From contig CM075992.1 of NCBI GenBank assembly GCA_038087875.1, forward strand, positions 1,490,001-1,554,000: a DNA stretch of 64,000 nt. The letters are read 5' to 3'. This document shows, piece after piece, positions 1-12,279 of the stretch (its first letter is position 1; every line of letters starts with the position of its first letter). Below the pieces are notes generated by a model that did not search any database, had not been told where the DNA came from, and saw nothing but the letters and a program-made list of their open reading frames with translations. Source of the DNA: Malacoraja senta. Lineage: Eukaryota. The position numbers and the translations under genes were made by a program.

Positions 1-75
1 TGGCTTCTCCGGCTGCTGGACACTGGCTACTCTGACCACTGGACACTGGTTTCTCTGGCCGCTGGACACTGGCTG
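1..75. repeat. End of a 23-bp minisatellite array (TGGACACTGGCTTCTCCGGCC(A/G)C orientation)
   Basis: Identical to the array end at 22238-22312 and followed by the same GGAGGGAGAGACAGAG anchor. Confidence 0.9.
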
Positions 76-126
76 GAGGGAGAGACAGAGGAGACAGGGG
101 GAGAGTGACAGAGGCAGGCACCCTAA

Positions 127-322
<196 letters not shown>

Positions 323-623
323 CCTCCGACATTCACATCCAAGCCATGAAACTATAAACTAAACAGCAAAGGCTGCAGCACCCACCCACCCACCCACAGA
401 TCTTGGATCCGACCTGCCTTCGACCTGTGGACCAGGTGTACAGGCCAAACATTGGCAAGTCCCTTGGTCAAGTTCATACATTGTTTCAAAATGAGATCAG
501 TGTTCTTAGTTGTACACACACACGCGCACATCAAATCCACCCGTCAATTGAACCCCCTCTCATTCAGCCACCCTAGAATCGCGAGCCTCCACACATTCTG
601 TGTTGCACAAGGGTCATTCAATC

Positions 624-796
<173 letters not shown>

Positions 797-1194
797 GAGG
801 GTCCACTCACTCCTCACTTCACTCAGATTCCACAGAATGTCTTTAAATTTTATTTTAAAGTGTCTCCTCGGCCCATCAGTCATCTGGAGTAGACCAGGAG
901 GTGTCCCTAAGGCTCATCAGGCCTTTCCTGGCCCTCAAGCCTCAGTGTGTGATGATCATAATCATCATAATAATCAAGAGTCAAGTGTTTGATTTGATGA
1001 ATTTATTTTTATTTCATTGGAAGACACACTTTAATACAACTTGGCTCCATTTTCAGAGCAAATGTCTTTGTTTTCCACAGCAGCAGCAGCAGCTGGCGCC
1101 AGGTCCTATATCCTCCTTCATTGTTCCGATCTGTAGAAAAATAAAAAGAGGAAAAAAGTCAAAATATGTCTCCCTCTTGAAGTTTTCCCCCTGT

Positions 1195-3500
1195 ATGTAC
1201 TCACTCAAATGTATTACTGACCCAAAATTGGAAACAGGTGTTTAAAGCGTATGAAACATTCCTGACAATATTTAAATCATTATATGATGAACACTGTCCT
1301 TTGAAACAACACAACAAGAAGCAGAAATATATAGGTAGGCCATGGATGACAAAAGGACTACAAAATGCATGCCAAAAAAAAAGAATATCTTGTATAAAGA
1401 ATTCTGAATAGAATTCAGAACTATAGGAGGAAGGAGCAGAAAGTAAATACAAAAGATATAAAAACAAATTGACTAGTATTATGAGGACATGTAAGAAAGA
1501 TTATTATAATAAAATATTAAACGATAATAAAAATAATATCAAGGGCATATGGAATGTGTTAAATAATATTATCAGGAATGGATCAATGAATATAAACTAC
1601 CCTCAGTATTTTGAAGACAATGATACAACTGTAAGCGATATGAATGATGTGGTTATTGGGTTTAACACATTTGTTGTAAGTGTGGGACCAAAACTGGCAG
1701 ATGAAATCGATAATCCACAGTCAGAAGAAGGAGAGGGGAAGGAAGGTTGTGGATTTGTTAGACAGCAACCCAAACTCAATGTTTTTGAAAGCAGCTGATG
1801 AAAAGGAGATTATTGACATTGTTAGTAATTGTAAGAATAAAAGGGGTCTACAGACTGGAATGCCACATTGATATGGTTTTAATCAAGGTAGACATTGGTG
1901 TAATTGTAAAACCCTATATTAACTTATATTTGCAATTTATCTTTCAAAACTGGTGTATTTACATGTAAAATGAAAACTGCCAAAGTCATCCCACTATACA
2001 AAGCTGGAGACAGAAATCAATTTACAAATTACAGGCCGGTGGGTGGTGTCTCGTTACTCTCTCAGTTCTCAAAAACATTAGAAAAACTGTATGTAAGTAG
2101 ATTAGATAACTTTATCGAGAAGCACGAATTGCTAGTTGATAGTCAATATGGATTCAGGTCAAACAGATCGACATCCATGGCATTAATGATATATGTAGGG
2201 TGTCAAACCTCTTGAAATTTGTGTTATTTGCAGATGACACTAATATTTTCTGTGATGGGGACAATTTGCAGCATCTTTTGGAGGTGCTCACAGCAGAAAT
2301 GAGTAAACTAAAAACATGGTTTGATTTGAATAACTTATCATTAAATTTAAACAAAACCAAACTAAAGCTGTTTGGAAAACGCAAAATAAATGCACAAGTA
2401 AAAGTAATGATAAATAATGTTGCAATAGAAAGAGTGTATGAAAATAAATTTCTGGGTGTGATTCTTGATCACAAAATCTGCTGGAAACCCCATATAAAAC
2501 ATGTATGTGAGAGCAAAAGTAGCTAGCACGGAGTATTGGAGTGATGGGGAAAGCAAGGCATGTTTTGAATGAGAGAGCGCTGTATATTCTGTACAGCTCA
2601 CTTGTGTTACCGTATTTAAATTACTGTGTGGAAGTATGGGGCAACACATCCACAAAACCACCTTACAATCACTAAGCACACTACAAAAAAGAGCTATTCG
2701 TATAGTAAACAATGTAGGATATCATGAACACACCAATATACTGTATTTAAAATTTCACACCTTAAAGATTAAGGATCTGGTAGAATTTAAGACTGACTGC
2801 ACAAATAATTTATAAAGCAAAAAATAAACTGCTACCTGTAAACATACAAAAACTGTTCAGAGACAGAGAGGGGGGGTTATAACTTTAGAGGGAAACTAAA
2901 CTTGAAATTTGAAATTATGCTCGGACCAATTTAAAAAGTATGTGTATTTCCATTTGTGGGGTGGTTTTGTGGAATGGTCTTGACGAAACGATTAAACAAA
3001 GTATGAATATAATGCAATTTTTAAAAATGTACAAAAGATATATCTTTGAAAAGTACAGTAATGAGGAAGGAGGAGAATGTAAATCTCACAGATGTAAATG
3101 GTGCTTGTTCTTTCTCTTCTTTTCTTTTTTTGTTCTATTTTTCTTAATTGCTTGATTGGAGTAGTTTTATTTGAATTGTCTGTTTAGTTTATTTTATTGA
3201 ATGTTGCATTTGTTAATGGTGAAGAATGGGGGGTAGGACTTGACAAGCATAGGCTTCTTCCTATCCCTTTTCCAACGAGTCTAATGTGTATTATGTTGAA
3301 ATTGGCTTTTGATTTTTTAATTTATGTATGTACATATATGTTATGTATATGTGTATGTGTGTATATGTGTATATGTATGTATGTGTATATGTACATGGAT
3401 GTATTTATGTATATATATATATGTATATATATATAATTCTCCTTTATTTATTAATCATTTTCATCTTTTCTTTTCTTTTTTTTAATCGTTCGAAATAAAA
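1195..3500 (+). mobile_element. Degenerate non-LTR retrotransposon ORF2 remnant (L2-group, Crack/Daphne-like) with internal RT deletion and 3' UTR
   Basis: Broken ORFs with KTAKVIPLYKAGDRNQFTNYRPV, QYGFRSNRSTSMAL, FVLFADDTNIF, KFLGVILD and ISICGVVLWNGL motifs; frameshifts; AATAAA near 3494. Clade assignment is from motif resemblance only. Confidence 0.8.
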
Positions 3501-3509
3501 AGATATCAA

Positions 3510-4378
3510 ATTTAAAAGGAGTGAATTGGGACATGTTGTTTTATGGGAAGGATGTAGAAGAGAAATGGAGGACATTTAAAGGTGACATTTTAAGAATACA
3601 CAATCTTTATGTTCCTGTTCGGTTGAAAAGAAATAGTAAAAATTGGAAAGAGATATGGTTGTCAAGGGAAATTGGACACTTGGTTTGGAAAAAGAGAGAG
3701 AGAGATCTACAATAATTATAGGCAGCATGGAGCAAATGAGGTGCTTGAAGAGTATAAAGAATGTAAAAAGAATATTAAGAAAGAAATTAGAAAAGCTAAA
3801 AGAAGATATGAGGTTGCTTTGGCAAGTAAAGTGAAAGTAAATCCAAAGAGTGGACAGCTATCTGCAGAGCCAAAAGAGATGGGGGAGATATTGAACAATT
3901 TATTTTCTTCGGTATTCACCAAGGAGAAGGATATTGAATTATGTGAGGTAAGGGAAACAACCAGAGTAGCAATGGAAACTAGGAGTTTCAAAGAAGAGGA
4001 GGTGCGGGTGGACACTTTTGTAAAAATATGATAAGGTTAAGGGGGGACTTGATAGAGGTCTTTCAAATGATGAGCGGGTTAGACAGAGTTGACGTGGATA
4101 AGCTTTTCCCATTGAGAGTAGGGAAGATTCAAACAAGGGGACATGACTTGAGAATTAAGGGACAGAAGTTTAGGGGTAACATGATAGTCCTGCCATCCCA
4201 GGAATCAGTCTGGTGAACCTTCTCTGTACCCCCTCTATGGCAAGAATGTCTTTCCTCAGATTAGGGAGACCAAAACTGTACGCAACGCTCCAGGTGTGGT
4301 CTCACCAAGACCATGTACAACTGCAGTAGAACCTCCCTGCTCCTATACTCAAATCCTTTTGCTATGAATGCTAACATA
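3510..4378. mobile_element. CR1 LINE fragments (3510-4180 +, about 4185-4378 -)
   Basis: KKEIRKAKRRYEVALA and RLRGDLIEVFQMMSGLDRVD...TRGHDLRIKG; minus-strand LVRPHLE-type segment. Confidence 0.85.
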
Positions 4379-4383
4379 GAGTG

Positions 4384-4606
4384 TCTGTCTGTCTGTCTCT
4401 CTCTCTCCCTCTATCCCCCTCCCCTCCCCTCCCTCTCCCCCTCTCTCTCTCTCTCCCTCTCTCTCCCTCTCCACCTCCCCCCCCTCCCCCTCCCTCTCCC
4501 TCTCTCTCTCCCTCTCCCTCTCTCTCTCTCCCTCTCTCCCTCTCTCCCTCTCTCTCTCTCCCTCTCTCCCTCTCTCTCTCTCTCCCTCTTTCCCTCTCCC
4601 TCTCCC
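4384..4606. repeat. CT-rich polypyrimidine low-complexity tract; copy at about 26623-26845
   Basis: Direct reading. Confidence 0.9.
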
Positions 4607-5906
4607 TTCAGTCCACCTGCACAACCTTTGGCCGTCTGAGGAGAAGAGTGTTTGGACTTCAAAATGGGGTTAAGTTTCAAGGTTTGCTGGGAGATTTGGT
4701 CAAATTGGAATAGCTCTGTGGGACAGACAGGCTGCGAGCGAGAGATGCCTGGAAATCTGGAACAGATACAATTTGCATGCAAAGAATTGGAAACCTTGCA
4801 AACCCTGTCAAATGCATAGAATGGATTGGATGGCTGCAAACCTGGACATTCACCTTGTAAATAGGTTGTAAGTAATGTTGCAGAGTGTGACTCTGCTAAG
4901 TGTTGATTAGATGGATGGGGTGTTGAGCCTTGTCTGAGTGTTCTGTTCATCAGGGTAAATGTTTCCAAATTGACTTCATCTTGAAGTACGTTGTGAATAC
5001 AATTCAATTCTGCCTTTACTGCCTGCCTGTGAGCCAGTGTCCCCCCCCCCCCCTCTCTCTCTCTCTCCAGTTCATTCCTTATAACCCAGTCCTACAGACA
5101 ATTAAATTATCATAAATCCTTTTGCAAACTCTCTCATTTGCTAACAACCTTATTGTGCCAAACGCTGTATTTAATATCCTGACCTATAAAGCATGTGACA
5201 AACACATTCTTCACCACCCAACCTGCACTGTCAGTGTTGCATCTTCCATGGCACTGTATACCTGCAGCCCGAGATCTCTCAGTTCTATAAAGTTCCCCGT
5301 TTACTGTGTATGTCCAGCCCTGGTTTGTCTCAGCAAAGTGCATCACCTCACCTTCACATGAATAAATCTGTCTGTCTTTTCGATAGAAGGTATACCCTTG
5401 AATATTCAGTTCCCAGCCCTGGCCCGATTCTGTTTGCTTGCTCCTTCCTACAAAAATGAACAAAAAAAAAACCTATAGTGAAAACCCTATAATACACGAA
5501 TTGTATAGTATGCGAATTGGGAAGCAATTAAAAAAGATTTAAAATGTGTATAATTTATCACACTCTCTCTCTCTCTCTCTCTCCCCCCATTGTAAACAAG
5601 CCTACATCAGGGGGTATGGAGAGAAGGTAGGTACAGGATACTGAGTTGGATGATCAGCCATGATCATATTGAATGGCGGTGCAGGCTCGAAGGGCTGAAT
5701 GGCCTACTCCTGCACCTATTTTCTATGTGATGGAGGTATCAATGCAGGGACGGGAGGGTGTTGGCGCGGCTATCCTCCAGGCTGGTAGATGAGGTGCAGG
5801 AAGGGCTTGGGGCAAAGTCCACCTTGGGGGAGAAGGGTGTGTAGGGTTGATGCAGCTTGTAGTGCTGGGATTGGCATTGTACCTGCGGTCTCCTTTCCTC
5901 CCTCAG

Positions 5907-6131
5907 CCCGAGACCTCAGCGCCGGCCGCACTCTGCGTTGGGACCGCCCAGCCGACCTCCAGGGGTACGAGGACCAACTCCGGGACCCCCGTTGATTGCC
6001 GTCCCAGCGCAGCCGTTTGGAGCTCCTCCCATCCCGTCAAGACCTATGCCCACCAACGATGCCTTTGGGGCCCCTCCCCAGATCCCCTCCCGGCCGGCAC
6101 GGATTCCACCCGGACCACCGGGGCTGCCCAG
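5907..6131 (+). CDS. DNM2: Dynamin-2 penultimate coding exon (proline-rich domain), copy 1; upstream exons not in window
   Basis: Polypyrimidine-CAG acceptor at 5904-5906 and AG|GTAGGT donor; phase 2/2. Translates (S)[74 protein letters not shown](S), matching the DNM2 motifs [19 protein letters not shown] and [14 protein letters not shown]. Confidence 0.9.
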
Positions 6132-6356
6132 GTAGGTGGAAACCCTTCCCTGGGATCCAGCTTTGTGTGGATGCATCCAGAGAAGCTGCAGCTGAGAAGG
6201 AGACGTGTTTATCTCTTTTAGAATTTGCCTGTTGTCTGTCTGGGACGGGTTCCTATCTGTCCTCCAGTTTATGGGGGGAAGATGCCTGGCTCAGAGGCTC
6301 ATTCACTTCTCTACCTGCATAGTCTCAGGCCTCTAACTGCTAGTCCCGTGGAGCTG

Positions 6357-6683
6357 AAGTGGCAGGCAGACAAATCCAGGGCAAAAATCAAAAAGGGCCA
6401 CTTTTCAACATAATTGTATAAGGGGTAAGAGCGTTGTAAAAAGCCTGAAGGCTTTGTGTCTCAATGCAAGGAGCATTCGTAATAAGGTGGATGAGTTGAA
6501 CGTGCAGATAGCTATTAAATGATTATGATATAATTGGGATGACGGAGACATGGCTCCAGGGTGACCAGGCTGGGAGCTGAACATCCAGGGATATTCAATA
6601 TTCAGGAGGGATAGAGAGAAAGGAAAAGGAGGTGGGGTAGCGTTGCTGGTTAGAGAGGAGATTAACGCAATAGAAAGGAAGGG
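6357..6683 (+). mobile_element. CR1 ORF2 N-terminal (APE endonuclease) fragment in the last DNM2 intron; copy at about 28597-28924
   Basis: KALCLNARSIRNKVDEL and TETWLQGDQGWELNIQGYSIFRRDREKGKGGGVALLVREEI. Confidence 0.85.
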
Positions 6684-6753
6684 GACGTGTTTATCTCTTT
6701 TAGAATTTGCCTGTTGTGTCTATTGACCCCCAGTTTTGTTTTGTCTCCTTCAG

Positions 6754-6823
6754 CAGAAGACCACCCGCTGCTCCGAACCGGCCCACAATTATCCGGACAT
6801 CCGAGCAATCCCTACTGGATTAA
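6754..6823 (+). CDS. DNM2: Dynamin-2 last coding exon, copy 1
   Basis: TTTTGTCTCCTTCAG acceptor; (S)RRPPAAPNRPTIIRTSEQSLLD* versus human DNM2 C-terminus [23 protein letters not shown]; phase compatible with the 5907-6131 exon. Confidence 0.92.
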
Positions 6824-8670
6824 ACAGTGGGATTTATCTATCCTGTGAAGCATTTTCTTGTAGGCTATAGTTGATTAGCCCTACCTTTGCCTATTTGACC
6901 GCTGAGGGGCATTAGCGGTGTGAAGCACAGGATCCACAGGGCTGGCTGCGTTTTCCCAAGTGTAATCCCGACCTCTTGCCTTTTCACTCGAGCTGGAAGC
7001 ACTAGAGAAGATCTTAAGTGAACTTTATTTAAACAAAGATTGACCTCTTGGTTTTGTTTCCCTGAACACCAGACTCACGGACACGATATCTCTCGCTCGT
7101 TGCTCCACTGATCTGCCCTGTTGAGAAACTTTGCACTTGCCAAATAAGCAGCAAAAAATTGTTTTATGCCTTTTCCCACTTCCTGGTTGACGGTGCCACT
7201 GTATGCGAATGGGTTGTAACCACACAACGTCTGGTCTCTCTCTGGGCATCTTTTGCATTGCTACTGCCTTCCCAAACTTCAAGCCAGTAGCCCAGGAACC
7301 TTGCTCCATTCCACCTCCGTTCCACTCCTGCTGGGAGTAATGGGGAGCCTCCACGGTTGCAGCATCCCCACTTGAGATTTGTGGCGTTTAATGATCCCGC
7401 AAAAACGGATTTGGGATCATGAATGACGTGGCATTGGAGCGGTCAGCAAGCGGGAATCGTGCGAGATGAATTGAGGGGATACAGCAGTAACCTACCCCTT
7501 GGACGCAGGAGGGGGGCAGGAGAGGGGTGGGTTGAAGGGACGGAGTGTGAAGCGGTGCTGGTAAAGTATCAGTGAGTGAGATCTCTGACTGAGGATGATG
7601 CTAGAGGGAGGGGGTTGTGCCGGCAGGCAGCAATGCTGAGAGTCCGTGCACAGACAGCTGCAAGCAGGGGTCCACCAGTGGCTGATTGCTGTGTTCTCTT
7701 GGCAGACAATCAGTCAGTGCCATCTAACTTCCAATTTAATCTCAGATTCCAGGGTCTAAAGGAGCCAAGGTTGATGGATCCAAGGTCATGTGGATGAGTG
7801 TGGAGTTGTAGTCGTGCTACTTCCTCCGGGATCTACCTTTGTGCCTCATTTATTTCTAGTTAACTACTAGCTGAGAAAGGGCTTGGCGGATGGACCTGAA
7901 GCCTCATGCTAAACCCATCCCGTAACGCCCCTTTTAGCTGTTGCAGGTAGAGTTGATGTCAGCTTTACTTGAGCTGAATATCATGCTGGAAATAAGATGT
8001 CCACACTCTAGGTGGGACTGGTTAGACCCTTAATACTAATTAACCTGCTCTATATCTGAGCTTTGTCCCAGCTTTCCAGCACTGGTTATCAAGTTGGAAT
8101 CTGTTTTGCTGACTATTTTCACAAGTATAAATTCTTGTTGTACATAACCCTGTTCATTGATTGTGACAATATTCAGCTACGGGGGTGGTGTTGTGTTGTT
8201 GGTTGTCTGTCCTATCAGCTACTGCTAAACAAAAACCTATTCCCCTGTTACAAACTGGGCATTAACTTCTAACCTACCACATTCTCTGGAATCAGGAAGA
8301 GTGTAAGAATAGAGCTTCCTCGAGACTGTAATCAGATTATCTCCTTATCCTCCCCACTCACCATCAAACTCAAAAGTCCATGGTAAGGTTGTCGAAAGCA
8401 GAATGGAATCGCATTTGAGAGTCCTCTGTGCATTCGTTGGGAGTGGGTTAAAAGCAAGGTTCACCCGATCCTACCCTAGAAATTGTTTTTTTTTTCAGAT
8501 ATCCTTATGGTCCTGCAGTCCTGACTTGGTGGGAGCAGTTTTATATAAAATATATATATTAGTTATTGAATCAAAACTAATTTCTCTCACTTTTAGAGGG
8601 AGAATTTGCTGGGTCTAATCCTTGAAACTTGATCACTTTTGCAATAAAGAGAATGCCACTGTAGTGTGGA
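6824..8670 (+). other. DNM2: Probable DNM2 3' UTR, with AATAAA at 8643-8648; copy at about 29065-30905
   Basis: Sequence with no recognisable TE following the stop codon and ending near a canonical poly(A) signal; the 3' end is inferred. Confidence 0.55.
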
Positions 8671-9124
8671 GCAAGGGTTCCACAATGTTTCCGGGAGATT
8701 CAGCACCAAACTCCTGGTGGTTTTTGTAATATAAATGGCAAAATCTGATCAGCGATCTTTCCATTCTAATTTCTAGAAGCAAAAAAAAATAACTGAATTA
8801 ATTAACTGTTTTACAAAATAGTGAGTGACAGATTGTTTCCGATTATTATTTCATCACATGTTCATATCGGGGTTTCTGTTTCATCTAACAGATACCCGAG
8901 AATGTTTCCTCTCCTGCTGTGTGATTCTATTGACTGTTAACTGATTTGAAATGAAGTGCCTGCATTCTGTACGGTAATGAATTGAAATAAAGGGATCGAC
9001 GGTAGAAGGAGATTTCCTTGTGTCTCTCTGTTTTCCTTTTTTACCTGGCTTTGGTTTCTTGGGGGTGGGTGGGGGGGGGAACAGCAATCTTGCATCAAGC
9101 TGGCAATGGTGGAGGAATTAAAAC

Positions 9125-9335
9125 AATAACAATGTGGAATTCTTTGCCACAGTGGAGGCCAAGTCGATGGATATTTTTAAGGCAGAGATAGATAGATTCT
9201 CGATTAGTACAGGTGTCGAGAGCTGTGGGGAGAATGGGCAGGAGAATGGGGTTAGGAGGGAGAGATAGATCAGCCATGATTGAATGGCAGAGTAGACTTG
9301 ATGGATCGAATGGCCTGATTCTGCTTCTATGACTT
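9125..9335 (+). mobile_element. CR1 3' end
   Basis: TGTGGAATTCTTTGCCACAG...GATCAGCCATGATTGAATGGC...GAATGGCCT tail; inverted paralogue at about 47625-47825. Confidence 0.75.
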
Positions 9336-9599
9336 ATGACATGACCTGATATGATAGAAATGTGAAACAAAATGAAAAATGCTGGAAACAATCAGCAGGT
9401 TGATGCAGCATCTGCCGGAGGAGAAAGTTAACTTCTGCGGCTGGAGCCAGCGTATGTTTTGTTTTGAAGGGTTTTCTGCTTTTGTGTAAGCACTTGAGAT
9501 AGATATTGGTATAAAATGATCTTCATCCATCCAGACTGGATATGTCCATACTGGTAATGTAATGACTCCTGTGAAAAAAGTTGACTTAAAAAGATAGAC

Positions 9600-9800
9600 A
9601 AAGTACAAATTCTTAAGACCATACAAAGCTTTAATTTAACGTGTGACGGGTGTGAACTGAGAGACCCAGAGGCAACAGGTTGTCACGTCTGAATCTCCAG
9701 CAAGCAGCACACACACACAAAGAAATACCAGAACACCAAAGCTTATATACGTACCGATATAAAACCAATTGCATGACGTACTGACACAAAAACCATCATC
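9600..9800 (-). mobile_element. Possible LTR remnant
   Basis: Minus strand reads CAAT/TATATAA followed about 100 nt later by ATTAAA; no termini identified. Confidence 0.25.
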
Positions 9801-11848
9801 CACCTGCAAATATGGAGTTGTTTTTCACTCTTTGCCAAAAGCCAGTTACCCCAATGGAATCCTCTGGGCCCCTTCTTATCTGATTAACCTCTTCAACTTA
9901 CATTAAAAAACTTGTAAACTTTTCAACTTAGAGGGAAAAAAAGCTGGCATGATAGGAGTTGTCCAAATCCCATCATGCATTACAATTGGCCTTTTACAAC
10001 AGGAAAGTTTAAATATGACAACAATCAATTAATAACTAACTCTTTCACCTGTTCTCTTCATCTTTAGTCATGGTATATAATTGAATCTTCGTCTCTTCTC
10101 CTGTCTGTCTGTTTGTCTGTGATGGCCATCAGCCTTGTCGTCAGGTTTTCTTTGCAAAAGGTAGTCGAAGCCTGCACTTATAACAAATGATAGGACTTAC
10201 AGTCTCCCACCCACCCACCCACCCAACATATGTCCTTTTTTTCAAACATCCAAAACAGATTCCCTTGTCTTTGAAGAAATCCATCTTTTCTGCATATTCT
10301 TTCATCTTGAGGGAAAGCCCTCAATCTCCAGCTGCAAGAATAGAACCCGTTCCCAGCCCCACTGCCTGGTGAGATACCCCAGCTGCCATTGATCCCATAT
10401 CATCCCGTCTCTCTCTCTCTCTCTCTCTCTCTCGACGGTGCTGCCTGCTGCTGGTGCTTGGTGCTTGGTGCTTGGTGCTTGGTGCCTGGTCCCTGCCTGA
10501 TCCCAGCCACCCGCTGAGTTTCTGCAGCATTTTTGTCAATTCGACCTTTGGATTTTGCAGCATCTATCTGGAGTTAGTTCGTTGTTAAATTGTTAACAGT
10601 AATATTGCAAGCAACCCCTTGGCATGTGAAATGCATTGCATTGCAATAATTTAGGAAAAATCTTGCAAAACCTCTCAATAGAAATGTGAAATGCAATAGA
10701 TGCATTGCATTGGAATAATTTAGCCCACACACACACACCTGCAATGTTAAATGCAGCGAGGGAGGGCGTTGCATGAAAGTAATATTGTAAACCCCTTGGG
10801 ATGTTAAATGCATTGCATAGCAATAATTTTTAAAAATTTAGCAAATAATTTAGCAAATCGATGTCGCAAATGAATGTGGCCAAACCTTGCCTGCCAGCTG
10901 CCTTTGTCCAATGGGAAGTGAGGGGAGGTGGGTGGGTGGGTTGGGGTCTGTATCGTTTTGAGGAGGGAAAGTGAATCAGTGTTTGGGCGGCGGCAGAAGC
11001 GAGAAGTCGCAGGCTGGAGAGTTGGGGGGACACGGAGACACACGGACACACACGGACACACACGGACAGTCGGGGAGATGCAGAATCGGAGGTAGGGTCA
11101 AGTAATCTTGTACCCGGCTGATAGATAGAGGTTAGTGGAAACTAGTGAAGAGTTTTGTGCGTTTTTGTGTTTGTTTGTGTGTGTTTTTGTGTTTGTGTGT
11201 GTGTGTGAGAGAGATAGAGAGGGGGTGAGAGACGGTCCGGGTGGATGGAGAAACGTGCAAGGTCCGTGTGGGTGGTGAAAAAAAAGTAAAAAAATAAATA
11301 TATCTAGTATTTATCTTTAATAATCTAATGATCGATCGATCGACTCGATGAGATGAGATAAATAGCAGGTTATTGTGACTATATGATGCTGGGTTGTGTT
11401 GGCCAGACGGGCATCGAGGTGTGGAGCAAATTTAAAAAAAAAAATTATCTTTTATTTCCCGCAGATGAGAGAATGTGAACGCGGTCTCCCCCCCTTGTGT
11501 CTGTGTCTGTGTCTGTGTCTGTGTCTGTGTGAAGGTGGAGCTGCTGCTGCTGCTGCTGCGGACACAGACACGGGCACAGACTGGCTGAGCACATGCGATA
11601 AATGCGATAACTTCACAAAACTGTGCTTGCTCTAAGTTTCCTGTTTCTTATATATATTTTTTTCAGATCTGAACAATGAAGAATGAATAAAGGACCAGGC
11701 TGAGAGAGAGAGAGAGAGAGAGAGGGGGAGCTGCTTGCGCTGGCTGTCTCGGAGGGAGGGAAACAAATGATTTTTGCCACTTCCAATTTTAATAAAATGA
11801 AATAAAAGGCAATGATTCAAATGACTCTTATGATTATTATCACCACCG

Positions 11849-11849
<1 letters not shown>

Positions 11850-11906
<57 letters not shown>
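11850..11906. repeat. (CA)n microsatellite
   Basis: Direct reading. Confidence 0.97.
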
Positions 11907-11908
<2 letters not shown>

Positions 11909-12279
11909 AGGCCGGATGAGCCTCAGGGAGGAAGGAGCCACTTTAATAAAAATCGAGTAAAATTAATTTTTAATATTCTGGTCAACATCACACACAGAGG
12001 GGTGGGTGGGTGGGTGGTGGCTGGGGGGGGGGGCGCTAGTACAGGTCTGCTGGGCCGACGTTTCACCTCCAGTTCTGGCAAGTATGATGGGCCGAATGGA
12101 CATCCAAAAAAAGTTTTGGTGGGGGGGCAAATATTGGTAATTTTTCTCTGGGATATTAGGATATTTTTAAATTGGGCTAGTACAGGCCTGATGAGCCGAA
12201 GGGACATTTAAAAAAGGGCCTGGTACATGCCTGATGGGACATTTTTAAATGGGGCTAGTACAGGTCTGATGGGCCGAAG

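Noticed and set aside
121..126. Telomeric CCCTAA in the anchor, and TTTGG array as telomere
   Set aside because: Single hexamer only; the TTTGG array is a SINE-tail pentamer, not TTAGGG
7025..7800. Minus-strand proline-rich or env/gag-like reading frames
   Set aside because: No recognisable viral motif, interrupted by stops, and the region is better explained as DNM2 3' UTR
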